From contig CAVRKK010000002.1 of NCBI GenBank assembly GCA_963722385.1, positions 928,001 through 992,000 of the forward strand: DNA of 64,000 nucleotides, read 5' to 3'. The position numbers were made by a program, and so were the translations under genes. Numbering within the stretch: the first letter of the stretch is position 1; the number at the start of each line of letters is the position of its first letter. This document shows positions 1 to 11,002 of this stretch, in pieces. The DNA comes from an uncultured bacterium (GTDB lineage Bacteria > Babelota > Babeliae > Babelales > Babelaceae). Below the pieces are notes generated by a model. The model was given only the letters and a program-made list of their open reading frames with translations, was not told the DNA's origin and searched no databases.

Positions 1-855
1 CACTGATGATGCAAGAACAGTAGCCATAGATGGGAAAGTGACAAAAAGAAGCTTTGATCAGGGTGAAACAGAAGATAAAGAGCCTCTTTATCTAGTCAAT
101 GCATTTGCAACAGATGTTAGAATGGTCATTTGTCAAAAAAAGGTAGATGGAAAATCGAATGAAATAACGGCTATACCGCAGCTGTTGGACTTAATTGATA
201 TCTGCGGTGCGATAGTGACGATTGATGCAATAGGGACCCAGAAAAAAATTGCTCAAAAGATTATTGACAAAAAAGGGGATTATTTGCTTAATGTAAAGGG
301 CAATCAAGGTGATCTTCTTGAAGAAATAAAAACTTTCTTTGAAATAGAAAGCGAATCAAAGTATATCAATATTAAGCATGATACATTTTCAGAAACAGAA
401 AAAGGGCATGGTCGAATTGAGATCAGGACTTGTACAACAACCGATCAAATAGGCTGGCTTTCTAAAAAAAATGATTGGGTCTCAATAAAGAGCATTGCCT
501 GTATACAATCAGAGCGATTGATTGGTAAGAATAAGACTATAGAAAAACGTTACTACATAACAAGTATTCCTGCATCAGCAGAAAGAATATTGCGCGCCGC
601 AAGAAGTCACTGGTTAATAGAGAATTCGATGCATTGGGTACTCGATGTTTGCTTTAATGATGATCAATCGAGAATTCGAAAAGGTAATGCTCCTCAAAAT
701 GTAGCGACCATCAAAAGTTTGGCGCTTAACTTGCTCAAACGAGCCCAGCCATTGGTTGATAAGTACATCAGTATCAAATGTCTTCGAAAGCTGTCTTGCT
801 GGCAACCTAGCACTTTGGAATTAATTGTCAATCAAATTTAGATGAGCCGGCCCTG
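1..855 (+). mobile_element. ISAs1-family insertion sequence, copy 1 (left part outside window)
   Basis: About 99% identical to the complete copy at 52546-53794; ends in the same right IR TTTAGATGAGCCGGCCCTG (837-855). Confidence 0.95.
2..841 (+). CDS. ISAs1-family DDE transposase (5'-truncated by window)
   Basis: Motifs AIDGK, KSNEITAIP, TIDAIGTQ, KGNQ, HGRIE, HWLIENSMHWVLDV typical of ISAs1/H-repeat transposases. Confidence 0.95.
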   Translation, partial: TDDARTVAIDGKVTKRSFDQGETEDKEPLYLVNAFATDVRMVICQKKVDGKSNEITAIPQLLDLIDICGAIVTIDAIGTQKKIAQKIIDKKGDYLLNVKGNQGDLLEEIKTFFEIESESKYINIKHDTFSETEKGHGRIEIRTCTTTDQIGWLSKKNDWVSIKSIACIQSERLIGKNKTIEKRYYITSIPASAERILRAARSHWLIENSMHWVLDVCFNDDQSRIRKGNAPQNVATIKSLALNLLKRAQPLVDKYISIKCLRKLSCWQPSTLELIVNQI

Positions 856-967
856 GCGTTTATCATGAGTATCTTGCAACGGGATAGCTTATTTGCTAGA
901 ATATTGCTCAATTAATGGTGGAAAATCCACCACGAACTGAAGGAATTTCAATCAGCAGGTTAATATT

Positions 968-2193
968 GTGCTATTCAAGAGGAACATTCAAGGAAAATTT
1001 GAAGAAGCTCTTTCATCAAGTCCAGCGATACTTTTGACGGGAGCGCGACAAACGGGAAAAACTTTTCTTGTTGAAGAGTATGCAAGTCAAGGCTACCAGT
1101 ACCTGACTTTTGATGATTTAACAACCTTATCCGCTGCTCGCAGGGACCCCCAAAAGGATTTATAGAAAACCTTTCGAAGCCTATTATTATTGATGAGGTT
1201 CAGCGTGTTCCTGATATTTTTTTACCAATCAAGCGAGATATTGATAGGCATCGCCAACCTGGACGCTATATATTAACGGGATCCGCCAACCCTCTGTTGA
1301 TAAATCATGTTAGCGAGTCGTTAGCGGACCGCCTTGAGACTTTAATCCTTTATCCTCTTTCACAAGGTGAGTTGCATACTAGGAAAGAAGACTTTATACA
1401 ATTTGCCTTTAGCGATAAGCCTTTGCCAATAGGTCAAATGTTTACCAGGCAAGAGCTTTATAGTGCTATAGTAAAGGGGGGATATTCCGTTGTTCAAGAA
1501 TTGCCAGAATCGCGTAGAATAGCTTGGTTTGGCAATTATATTAATGATATTCTCTTGAAAGATGTGCAAACTTTGGCTCGCATTGAGGGACTCACAGAAC
1601 TTCCAAACCTCTTAAAGCTCGTCGCTTTAAGGGCAGGGCATATAATTAATAGAGCAGACTTAGCACGTCTTATGGGCTTGTCTGCCTCATCCTTGCAACG
1701 CTATTTAACGCTTATGGAAGCATTATACCTAATCCAATTTTGCCCAGCTTGGCGGCCGAACAAAGAGAAAAGGCTTATTAAATCGCCAAGAGCCTATCTT
1801 ATAGATACTAGTGTTTTAACCTATCTACAAGGCATAACAGCCGAAAGAATGCTTGAGGAACCATTATTTACGGGTCATATATTAGAAAACTTTGTTTGGC
1901 AGGAGCTTGCAAAACAAGCAACTTGGAGCCAACTCGCTGTTAGTCTTTTCCACTTTAGAACCACTCATGGGCCAGAAGTTGATATAGTAATTGAGGACGT
2001 AATGGGGAGAATTGTTGGCATCGAAATAAAAAATAGTAATACGGTCCGCGAAGAGGACTTTAAAGGCCTTGCTTATTTAGAATCGCTTGCCGGCAAAAAA
2101 TTTATACGAGGCATCGTAATGAATAATGGAGCTCAATATATCCCCTTTGGACAAAAAATGTGCGCTTTGCCTTTTTCATGCTTGTGGCAATAG
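968..2193 (+). pseudogene. AAA ATPase + DUF4143 protein, frameshifted near 1150
   Basis: Walker A GARQTGKT in ORF 968-1165. After one extra base in CCCCCAAAAGG the frame continues GFIENLSKPIIIDEVQRVP...ILTGS into ORF 1297-2193 (KSPRAYLIDT, EVDIVIE...IEIK). Confidence 0.85.
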
Positions 2194-2445
2194 AAAAAGG
2201 GGGCTAGCCTGCCGAGCCTTATTTTGCTGAAAAAGAGAGGCCCGCCTTTGGCTATTCGGCTGACGTGCATTTAGGCTTGGTAGATTGCAAGAAGCCTAAC
2301 AAAAATGACGTGCTGAAAATTTACCCTTAAAAATGCGTCGTTTTAAGCGCAGTCCCTTAAAAAACTAACAAAATTTAAGCTTAACCTCGCCTGGACAAAC
2401 CGATGCTTGCTGATGTATACTTGCGCAGGTTTTAAGCGAGAGAAC

Positions 2446-3759
2446 ATGGCAGACATCGTAATAATTGGCGCAGGGCTTACTGGGTTATCCACGGCTTATC
2501 ATCTCGAACAAGCGGGCTTTTTTGATTACAAAATATTTGAAAAAGAAGCAACTCCCGGTGGACTCTGCCGGTCAGTAGAGCAAGATGGCTTTACTTTTGA
2601 TTATACGGGCCACTTGCTGCATACAAGCGATAACTATTTTCGCACGCTTTTAGAGAATATTGTCGGCCTCGATACGATGAATACCATTAAGCGTCGGTCA
2701 TTTATTTATTCTCAGGGCTGCTATACGCGCTATCCTTACCAAATTAACCTCTATGGCTTGCCACCGGAAACAATTGCTGAGTGTATCGAGGGCTTTCTTA
2801 AGCGCCCATCCGCTCGCTTGCGCCCGCAAAATTTTTACCAATGGGTGATGCAGTCATTTGGTAAAGGGTTTGGTAAATTTTTTTTCTTCCCTTATCAACG
2901 CAAAATTTTTGACTATGATGTGCGAAAGCTTTCATCCTCATGGACGCATCGGTTTGTGCCACAAACCTCACTAAAGGACATGATCCAAGGAGCTGTGCGT
3001 GACGTTGAAGATAAAGAGATCGGCTACAATGCCAATTTCTTTTACCCGAAAGCTGGTGGTATCTACCAGTGGGTAGGAGCGCTTTGCCAGACGCTTGCCC
3101 AACCAGTTTATACCAATCATGGCGTTCAAGAAGTAAATCTTAAAGAGAAGACAGTAATTTTTACTAATGGTGCCAGCGAGCCATTTAAGCACCTTGTGAC
3201 GACGATGCCGCTTGATACTTTTTTAAGCTCGCTTTCAGAACCTGCAAGCTCAAGATTAAGCAGCGCTGCGTCGTCTTTGCTTTGTAACGCCGTGGTAAAT
3301 TTTAACATAGGCGTTAATCGGCCACTTAATGCTAACCATGAGCTGAAACATTGGGTATACTACCCTGAAAAGAACTATCCCTTTTACCGCATAGGCTTTC
3401 CCGCTAATTTATCTGCCGCCATGGCGCCACGAGGCTGTGGCTCGCTCTATGGCGAATTTTCTTACCTGGGTAAATCAAAGCGTCATATAAACCAGCTTTT
3501 ACAGCAATCACGGCAACTTACCAAAAAGCTCTTTGCTTTTGATGATCGTGATATTCTTACCGAAAAAGTTATCAACATAGATCATGCTTATGTTATTTAT
3601 AATAAGTGGCGGGACACTCATTTGCCGAGTCTGATTGCCGCTTTAGAAAAAAGAGCCGTCTATTCGATCGGTCGTTACGGTGCTTGGAAATACTCAAGCA
3701 TGCAGGACGCGGTGCTTGATGGCAAAGCATGTGCAGCTCAGCTTCTTAAGCAGGTGTAA
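2446..3759 (+). CDS. FAD-dependent oxidoreductase (protoporphyrinogen oxidase/UDP-galactopyranose mutase-like)
   Basis: N-terminal IIGAGLTGLS dinucleotide motif, GGLCRS...GFTFDYTGH, C-terminal GRYGAWKY. Confidence 0.8.
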   Translation: MADIVIIGAGLTGLSTAYHLEQAGFFDYKIFEKEATPGGLCRSVEQDGFTFDYTGHLLHTSDNYFRTLLENIVGLDTMNTIKRRSFIYSQGCYTRYPYQINLYGLPPETIAECIEGFLKRPSARLRPQNFYQWVMQSFGKGFGKFFFFPYQRKIFDYDVRKLSSSWTHRFVPQTSLKDMIQGAVRDVEDKEIGYNANFFYPKAGGIYQWVGALCQTLAQPVYTNHGVQEVNLKEKTVIFTNGASEPFKHLVTTMPLDTFLSSLSEPASSRLSSAASSLLCNAVVNFNIGVNRPLNANHELKHWVYYPEKNYPFYRIGFPANLSAAMAPRGCGSLYGEFSYLGKSKRHINQLLQQSRQLTKKLFAFDDRDILTEKVINIDHAYVIYNKWRDTHLPSLIAALEKRAVYSIGRYGAWKYSSMQDAVLDGKACAAQLLKQV

Positions 3760-3760
3760 T

Positions 3761-4729
3761 GTGAATGAGCTGTTAGCAGTAAGTAATCAAGACCTGATAC
3801 ACGACCAAACGGCACGGTTAGCCCGCCTCTACGCCAACCAGAAAATACTTATAACGGGTGGCGCTGGCTTTATCGGCTCGCACCTAAGCGAGCGACTTCT
3901 TGGGCTTGGTGCACAGGTTACCGTTCTCGATAATATGAGTTCGGGCAGGCGATCAAATTTGGCTTCGATACAGGGCAAAATCGAGATTATCGAAGATTCC
4001 GTAACCGACCTCGTAACATGCCTCCAAGCAGCTTATGACAAAGCGTATATTTTTCATTTGGCAGCGATGGTCTCGGTGTCTGAATCAATGCAGAAGCCTT
4101 ATGATTGCTACACTATTAATCTCACGGGCACCGCTAATATTCTTGAAGCTGCCCGTCGGCAGTCGCAGCCCACGGTCTTTATCGCTTCGTCATCTGCCAT
4201 TTATGGTGACCAGCAAAGGGCTTGTTGCGAAGATGCCGTGGGCGACCCTCGCTCGCCCTATGGGTTTTCAAAGCTTATGGGGGAGCTTCTCTGTAAGCAG
4301 TATGCCCAGAATTACGGAATGAAAACGGTGATAGCACGCTATTTTAACGTGCATGGGCCACGGCAAAGCGCCCAAAGTGCCTATGCTGGTGTGGTAGCGC
4401 GATTTAACTATCATATGGCCCTTGGCCAGCCTATTACCATTTTTGGCGACGGACGCCAAAGGCGGGACTTTGTTGATGTCGCTACCGTGGTTGATAGCTC
4501 ACTTCTTTTGGCAGCTCTTCCCGCAGCGCACATAGCAGGCCAATGCGTTAATGTTGCCAGCGGCACAAGCATAACTATCCTTGAGCTCTTTGATCAGGTG
4601 AGACATGCGTATCCCGCTTATCAGCTCCAACCCGCTTTTGAGCCCGCCCGGGCTGGTGATATTGCGCTATCGCAAGCTGACTGTAGTAAATATAACTACT
4701 TGATCAAGCTCGCCCAAACAATTCTCTAG
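3761..4729 (+). CDS. NAD-dependent nucleotide-sugar epimerase/dehydratase (extended SDR)
   Basis: TGGAGFIGSH, HLAA, SSSAIYG, YGFSK (YxxxK), RYFNVHGP, GDGRQRRDFV. GTG start chosen just after the upstream stop. Confidence 0.9.
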   Translation: MNELLAVSNQDLIHDQTARLARLYANQKILITGGAGFIGSHLSERLLGLGAQVTVLDNMSSGRRSNLASIQGKIEIIEDSVTDLVTCLQAAYDKAYIFHLAAMVSVSESMQKPYDCYTINLTGTANILEAARRQSQPTVFIASSSAIYGDQQRACCEDAVGDPRSPYGFSKLMGELLCKQYAQNYGMKTVIARYFNVHGPRQSAQSAYAGVVARFNYHMALGQPITIFGDGRQRRDFVDVATVVDSSLLLAALPAAHIAGQCVNVASGTSITILELFDQVRHAYPAYQLQPAFEPARAGDIALSQADCSKYNYLIKLAQTIL

Positions 4730-4798
4730 AGCCATTTTTTGTGCTATACTTGAGTTCTATGGACTCATTTTTTTTAAATTTATGCACTCAAGAGCACT

Positions 4799-5908
4799 AT
4801 GGCAAAGAAAGACTACTACGAAGTATTGGGCGTTGCGCGTAATGCAATGCAAGAAGATATTAAAGCAGCTTATCGCAAGCTTGCACTCAAGTATCACCCT
4901 GATCGCAATCCTAATAACAAGGAAGCGGAGGAAAAGTTTAAAGAGGCTACTGAGGCTTATGAAGTCTTATCTGATGCCAAAAAACGTTCACAATATGATC
5001 AATATGGCACGGTGGCTGAAGGTGGCGAGACTACTGTCAATATGGAAGATATCTTTGAGAACTTAAGTGGCTTTTTTGGTGATCTTTTTAGTGCAGGCCA
5101 GCGTAAGCGAAAAAAAGCGGGGCCGGTGCCAAAGCGTGGTCATGATTTATCAAAAGATGTTACCATTACTCTTGAGGAAGCGTTTAAGGGAACAAAGAAA
5201 GATATAACTTACTACCATTTTATTTCTTGTTCCGGTTGTCAAGGAAGGGGTATGCCTGAAGGCGCGTCGCCCGTTGTGTGTCCCAATTGCCAGGGGACAG
5301 GGCATACGATTCTTCGTGATGGCTTTTTTGCGTATCAGCAAACGTGTCCTATGTGCGAGGGCCAAGGGTACACAATTCCCAATCCGTGCTCGACCTGTAA
5401 AGGGCAATCACGCATACAGCAATACGAGACGCTTTCGGTCGCCATACCAAAGGGCATCTACGATGATGCGGACCTGCGGTTGTCTGGGAAAGGTGACGCA
5501 GGCGTATTTGGCGGGCCTGCAGGGGATTTGTATCTGAAAATTCATATTGCTCTCCATCCCCATTTCAAGCGCGTGGGCGACGACCTCGAATGTACGATGA
5601 CCTTCACCTATCCACAGTTAGTGCTTGGCGCCCAGATGGAAATAAAAAATATCGATGGCGCAACGGAAAATTTTAAAGTGCCTGCTGGGTGTCCTGTTGG
5701 CGAGCGCATTGTTATTGCAGGAAAAGGCTTTGCTAAGCTGCGAGGTAAAGGAAATGGCAACCTCGTGGTAATTACCACCTGCGATATTCCAAAAAAGATC
5801 TCGGCAGAAGCAGAAAAAACCCTAAGAGAGTATGCTGATATCATTGGGACCAAAACGTCAGGTAGCAAAAATACGATTGCAGGGTTCTTTAAAAAATTTT
5901 TAGGCTAG
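4799..5908 (+). CDS. dnaJ: Chaperone DnaJ
   Basis: J-domain with HPD, four CxxCxGxG-type zinc motifs, C-terminal GDLYL and GNLVV domains. Confidence 0.97.
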   Translation: MAKKDYYEVLGVARNAMQEDIKAAYRKLALKYHPDRNPNNKEAEEKFKEATEAYEVLSDAKKRSQYDQYGTVAEGGETTVNMEDIFENLSGFFGDLFSAGQRKRKKAGPVPKRGHDLSKDVTITLEEAFKGTKKDITYYHFISCSGCQGRGMPEGASPVVCPNCQGTGHTILRDGFFAYQQTCPMCEGQGYTIPNPCSTCKGQSRIQQYETLSVAIPKGIYDDADLRLSGKGDAGVFGGPAGDLYLKIHIALHPHFKRVGDDLECTMTFTYPQLVLGAQMEIKNIDGATENFKVPAGCPVGERIVIAGKGFAKLRGKGNGNLVVITTCDIPKKISAEAEKTLREYADIIGTKTSGSKNTIAGFFKKFLG

Positions 5909-5915
5909 ACTAATT

Positions 5916-5952
5916 GCGAAGGGGCGAGCTTAACAAAAATTCGCCCCTTCGC
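5916..5952. terminator. Hairpin between convergent genes (likely bidirectional terminator)
   Basis: GCGAAGGGGCGA...TCGCCCCTTCGC inverted repeat directly after the dnaJ stop. Confidence 0.8.
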
Positions 5953-5957
5953 ACAAT

Positions 5958-6533
5958 TTACGACTGATGTCGTTGTGCTTCCGCAATAAGCTCTTTCTCC
6001 GAAGGAACGTTTCCCTCATGCCACTTTTTGAGTTCATGGTCCAATAAGCGGCAGAGATCGAGGTTGTCAGCCAATTCGAGCATGCTTCTCACTGATTGTG
6101 CTTTTCCATGCGTGTTGCTGAACGTAGCGCCTGGGTAACCCCCTTTATCGATGAGTAGTTTGATTAAAGCTTGATCTTGCTCAGAAAGTTTCTTTGTATC
6201 TAATTGTCCTGCATTGGCAAGTACACAAGCGATGCCGATGTAGGAAGTAAATGCTTTTTCGGTGTCAGGAAATTTGACCTCAAGCGTACGGTTGGGATTA
6301 AAATCGGTCGCGATAAGCTGTGCGAGATTGCCATCGATAATTAAAAATAAAGCTTTATCGCGAGGGTGCTGTTGCTTAAGTGCTTCAGCCATTCGTTGGC
6401 GACAGCTACGGTCTTCGCGACAATTTTTTTGTTTCTTACGAGTAACGTTGTTTGGCTGATGTTTCTTGGCATGCAAGAAAGTAGAGATGGTAGTTAATGA
6501 TAATAAACTTAATATAAGCGTTAGTTTTGACAT
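5958..6533 (-). CDS. Hypothetical secreted protein
   Basis: 191-aa ORF with signal-peptide-like N-terminus; weak ankyrin-like IKLLIDKG segment. Confidence 0.6.
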   Translation of the reverse strand: MSKLTLILSLLSLTTISTFLHAKKHQPNNVTRKKQKNCREDRSCRQRMAEALKQQHPRDKALFLIIDGNLAQLIATDFNPNRTLEVKFPDTEKAFTSYIGIACVLANAGQLDTKKLSEQDQALIKLLIDKGGYPGATFSNTHGKAQSVRSMLELADNLDLCRLLDHELKKWHEGNVPSEKELIAEAQRHQS

Positions 6534-6795
6534 AATCGATTCCTTTCAAATCTGAGCCATATACACAACTCTTAATCCAGCCTAGAGCTCTACCGTGATC
6601 TTGTCAAATGGACGCTTGCTTATATTAAAATCAACCGCAGCATATGTTTTTCTAACTTGGCGGGCGCCCTCTGATCAGAAGCGGCATGCGGATTTCGCTA
6701 TTTTTCCTTCTAAAAGGTATGCATCAATGAACCTTTTCATTTTGCCTCCGGTAATTGCTTGAAAATCAAGGCAATTTATTGATGATTTTGTCCTA

Positions 6796-9267
6796 TTAAA
6801 AATCAACGGCGGAGGTAAAGTGTACCTCGCTAGAGCTTTCGCGAGACCGCTTATTATGGTCGAGCTTGAAGCCTACGGCAATGCTTATAGGGGTTGGTGA
6901 GCGTAATTTGACACCAAAGCCAACAGTTTGTCGGAAATTAAATTGATTATTGCGGAGAAGTCCCTCTCTAATACCGTCAATCTGCTTCGCATCGGGCGTA
7001 TCCCAGCCAGCACCGCCATCATAAAACACTAAGCCAACCATATTGAAGTCTTTTGTGATAGGGAATATGAGCTCCGCGTTCATCCAGAATGCTTTTTTGC
7101 CGCCAAGCGAGTCACCAAATAACGTAGGCCCAATTTGACCAAAAAGGAAGCCACGTACGGTCGACGGGCCGCCAATATGGTACAGTTCACGATAAGGAAT
7201 TGTATGCGAGCCAAGCTCCTGCACAAAACCGGCATGTCCATGTAAATGTAAAATTAAGTCATATTCGTTAATAATTGGCGTATACCAGTGGGCATCGGCA
7301 TCCCATTTTATATAACCGAATCCATGAGCTTGATGGGGTATACCAATTTTAAGCGTTGAGTTCCACAAATATCCCCTGCTTGGTGTTACCGGATTATTGC
7401 GATAATCCTGTACAAGCTGACCAGTGGCCCAAATAACGCTTCCTGATTGGAAAACACGGTCAACCAATCGTTGGAACCCTTGCTTGAAGTCTTCGTTATT
7501 TCTGTCTTCAAGCGGAACGCGACCTCTGACGTTCTCTTTGAAATGAATGTTTTCTATGCCAACATCAAAAAGGCAATCAAGGCCGCCCATCGCTTTGGTA
7601 AAGAAGCCAATGCTGCCTGAACCGCCGGTGAGCTGTTCTCGCGGCGAGTGTTCGACGTGCCGGAAATCTGAATATGTCGACGTTCGATGAAAAAGATCAA
7701 ATCCTGCACGGAGCGGCCGATCAAAAAGCCATGGGTTGACAACATTGAGTGCTATCTGACGATCTTGTCTTGAAAAATATGCCGTTGCCGTTGCTTTGAT
7801 ACCGGTTCCCAAGAAGTTGATATCGCTGACGCCAAAACCAACCTGAACTGAGCGTGCAGGTGACTGATAGTCAGCGCCATCGCCACCCCATTTAAGATCA
7901 GCAAAAAATTGGCCCGTTTTTGTCTCATTGACGACAAGATCCAAGTCTGCCTTAGTATCACTGATCCGCTTAATTTTCCAGTTGACGCCGAGTCGCGGAT
8001 CAAAATAGCCAAGGCGCTCAACATTGCTGCGTGAGTCATCCATGGCACGGGTGGTGAGCAGCTCGCCTTCGTTAAACGTAATTTCGCGCCGGATTACGCG
8101 TTCGTGTGTTTTGCGGTTTCCTATGATACGGATACGGTTCGAGGTAACAGGCGAGCCAAGTTCGGTGGTAAAAAAGAGCTCTACCGTTTTTCTGCTCTCG
8201 TCAACCTCAAGGTTAAAGATAATATCGGCAAAGACATAGCCAAATTCACCCCAAATGAGCCGCAAGCGCTCAACCGCTTGCCGCACCTTTTCGCTTGAAT
8301 AAAGGTCGCCAACCCGAATAGGGATGCGTGCTATTATCTCTTCTTCGGTTAAAAATTCATTGCCCGGTGCATTGAGGGCACTGATCGTATATTGCTCCCC
8401 CTCGGTGATATAAAAGGTAACAATAAAATGCTTCGGACTTTCAGGGTCTCGCTCCACGTGCACATTATCAACGTGGGCATGCAAGAAACCCTGACTCTTG
8501 TAATAGTGCTCGATAATGTACCTGTCTTGCTGGAGCATATCCTTTTGATACGTGCCCGACTTATCAAGAAAGCCGAAGAGCCATTCCTGGCGCGTAAAGA
8601 TTATCTTTCTTAATTTTTTACTTGGTATATTCTGATTGCCCTTAAAAATAATGCGTTTTATAAACGAGCGAGGCCCTTCGTTGACGGTAATTTTGATACG
8701 AACTCTCCCGGGCGCTACCGGGACGAGCTTGGCAGTCACTGCAACATCATGATAATCTTTGGCGATATAAAGCTCTTTAATGGCTTGCGAAAGTCGCGAT
8801 AGATCATCAACATCAATGCTGCGAATATCCGTAAGATTAAGCTTCTTTTCAATCTCATCTTGCTTAAAATTATCATTGCCCTCAATGATGATATCTTCTA
8901 CTATGTTTTTTTCTTCAAGTTGAATATAAAGGTCTACCATCGTCGGCGAGAGTTCTTCAACTATGATACGTATCGTAGGCTGAAAGAAGCCCATGCTGTA
9001 GATAGACCGTATGGCGTCTGAAGATGCCTCGTGCTTAAAAAGGTGGCCGACGCGGTAGGGAAGGCGGGCCTTAATAGCCTCGGTTGGTACCGTTTTGTTG
9101 CCCTCGATAATGATTTGGTGAATTTTTGGTGCTGTAGAAGTGACGGCCTCCTGGGAGCCCTCATCGTCCATATTCTGTGCGCCAACAAAGAAAGGCAGGC
9201 AAGTGATGCTTACGATCATGATAATAAGCCGCACAAGCCAAACCCGCAGCGCTTGAGTACCTGGCAT
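6796..9267 (-). CDS. bamA: Outer membrane protein assembly factor BamA
   Basis: Repeated POTRA motifs (I.I.GN), barrel with GGPSTVRGF, C-terminal Phe. Start at ATG 9267 preceded by GAGG. Confidence 0.95.
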   Translation of the reverse strand: MPGTQALRVWLVRLIIMIVSITCLPFFVGAQNMDDEGSQEAVTSTAPKIHQIIIEGNKTVPTEAIKARLPYRVGHLFKHEASSDAIRSIYSMGFFQPTIRIIVEELSPTMVDLYIQLEEKNIVEDIIIEGNDNFKQDEIEKKLNLTDIRSIDVDDLSRLSQAIKELYIAKDYHDVAVTAKLVPVAPGRVRIKITVNEGPRSFIKRIIFKGNQNIPSKKLRKIIFTRQEWLFGFLDKSGTYQKDMLQQDRYIIEHYYKSQGFLHAHVDNVHVERDPESPKHFIVTFYITEGEQYTISALNAPGNEFLTEEEIIARIPIRVGDLYSSEKVRQAVERLRLIWGEFGYVFADIIFNLEVDESRKTVELFFTTELGSPVTSNRIRIIGNRKTHERVIRREITFNEGELLTTRAMDDSRSNVERLGYFDPRLGVNWKIKRISDTKADLDLVVNETKTGQFFADLKWGGDGADYQSPARSVQVGFGVSDINFLGTGIKATATAYFSRQDRQIALNVVNPWLFDRPLRAGFDLFHRTSTYSDFRHVEHSPREQLTGGSGSIGFFTKAMGGLDCLFDVGIENIHFKENVRGRVPLEDRNNEDFKQGFQRLVDRVFQSGSVIWATGQLVQDYRNNPVTPSRGYLWNSTLKIGIPHQAHGFGYIKWDADAHWYTPIINEYDLILHLHGHAGFVQELGSHTIPYRELYHIGGPSTVRGFLFGQIGPTLFGDSLGGKKAFWMNAELIFPITKDFNMVGLVFYDGGAGWDTPDAKQIDGIREGLLRNNQFNFRQTVGFGVKLRSPTPISIAVGFKLDHNKRSRESSSEVHFTSAVDF

Positions 9268-9380
9268 GGTTTGTTCCTCGCAAGATCGTTGCATACTTTA
9301 TTATTCTTATCAAGTTATTGTTATCAAGACTCTATTATGATACTCTTTTTGATAAAATTGGCTAGAAAGTACTAAAAAAA

Positions 9381-10733
9381 ATGAGCATGAATCCTGATTC
9401 CCTCCTTCTGAACAACACGCTTTCAGACCAAAAAGAGCTCTTTGTGCCGCTTCATGATAAGCAGGTGAACATGTATGTGTGTGGTATCACGCCCTATGAT
9501 TATGCTCATATGGGGCATGGGCGATGCTACGTAACGTTTGACGTGTTATATCGTTTGTTGCGGTTTTTTGGTTACGAGGTCACGTATTGTCGCAACTTTA
9601 CGGATATTGACGATAAGCTGCTGGCGCGTTCGTTGGAAGAATATGGTGATCCGACGCGGTATCAGGAAATTGCAGATTTTTATATAGCTGCTTACCATCA
9701 GGATATGCAGCGCCTAGGTTGTTTGCCCCCTATCTACGAACCACGCGTTACGCAGCATATCAAGCCGATCATAGAGTTCGTCGAAGAGCTGATAGCGACA
9801 AACCATGCGTATGTGGCCGACCGCGACGTATATTATAGTATCGAAAGCTTCCCCGCTTACGGGAAACTATCAAAAAGAAATATAGATGACCTGTTGGCTG
9901 GCGCCCGTGTTTCTATTAACGAAAAAAAGCGCAATCCGCTTGACTTTGCTTTATGGAAAAGCGACGAGACCGTTTTTTGGCAATCTCCCTGGGGCAAAGG
10001 CAGGCCTGGCTGGCACATTGAATGTTCCACGCTGGCTCGGCTTTACCTGGGTAACGAGATTGATATTCATGGGGGCGGGATGGACCTTATATTCCCGCAT
10101 CACGAAAATGAAATTGCCCAATCTGAGGCATTAACCCATGCGACCTTTGCCCGGTATTGGGTCCATAATGCCTTTGTGCGTATCGACCATGAGAAAATGT
10201 CTAAGTCGCTCAAAAATTACGTCACGTTGCATGACTTAACTGATCAGCATGATCCCATGATGATACGCTATTTAATTTTGCAGCATCAGTACCGCAACCC
10301 GCTCGATTTTTCGTTGGATGAGCTACCCGGTGTTCTCAAGAGCTACCAGAGGTTATGCAAGATATTTGGTGACCAGGAGCTACCAGAAAGGTACCGGCCT
10401 GCATTTGGCGAGCTGATGCCGGCTGCTCAACGCATGATGCAATTTTTAGGCGACGACTTAAATACGCCCGGTATGCTCGGTGTTGTTTTTGAGCATGCTA
10501 AATATATTCAGGGAAATAGTGAGCTCAAAAAGCAGGTTGGGTTCATTATGAAAAATATACTGGGGCTTGCATTTGCTCCGGTAGTCGAGGAAGTGATCGA
10601 AGTTACCCCTCAAATTCAAGAAATGATCGCTGAGCGCGAGCGAGCGCGTGCCCGCAAAGATTGGGCGACAGCCGACGCATTGAGAGACAAGCTGCGGGAG
10701 CTCGGGTTTGATGTTCGCGATCATAAGCTATGA
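9381..10733 (+). CDS. cysS: Cysteine--tRNA ligase
   Basis: MYVCGITPYDYAHMGH, DFALWK, GRPGWHIECS, DIHGGGMDLIFPHHENE, KMSKS. Confidence 0.98.
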   Translation: MSMNPDSLLLNNTLSDQKELFVPLHDKQVNMYVCGITPYDYAHMGHGRCYVTFDVLYRLLRFFGYEVTYCRNFTDIDDKLLARSLEEYGDPTRYQEIADFYIAAYHQDMQRLGCLPPIYEPRVTQHIKPIIEFVEELIATNHAYVADRDVYYSIESFPAYGKLSKRNIDDLLAGARVSINEKKRNPLDFALWKSDETVFWQSPWGKGRPGWHIECSTLARLYLGNEIDIHGGGMDLIFPHHENEIAQSEALTHATFARYWVHNAFVRIDHEKMSKSLKNYVTLHDLTDQHDPMMIRYLILQHQYRNPLDFSLDELPGVLKSYQRLCKIFGDQELPERYRPAFGELMPAAQRMMQFLGDDLNTPGMLGVVFEHAKYIQGNSELKKQVGFIMKNILGLAFAPVVEEVIEVTPQIQEMIAERERARARKDWATADALRDKLRELGFDVRDHKL

Positions 10734-11002
10734 TGGGTTATTGGACAACCTGTGACAACGATATTTTATCACTCCGCAATGCTTAGATAAAATTAAAGAT
10801 TTTGGTTAATAGTACCCTCGCCATACAGCAGGTAGCCCATTGAGAAAAATATGCGATTCTTCACGAAGATCGACTATTATGAAAGGCCGACGCAAGCGAT
10901 ACCCAAGCTTCTATAGCTATGTCACATAGCTCCACTTCGCAGCATCAACCTGAATTTTGCGGACAGGCGATGACCCTGAATAAAGTCGATAAAAAGCGTC
11001 TA

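Noticed and set aside
4730..4798. CIRCE element upstream of dnaJ
   Set aside because: No TTAGCACTC-N9-GAGTGCTAA; only an extended -10-like TGCTATACT.
10740..11000. Possible ncRNA downstream of cysS
   Set aside because: Only a short hairpin (AGCTATGT/ACATAGCT); no tmRNA, RNase P, SRP or T-box signature recognised.
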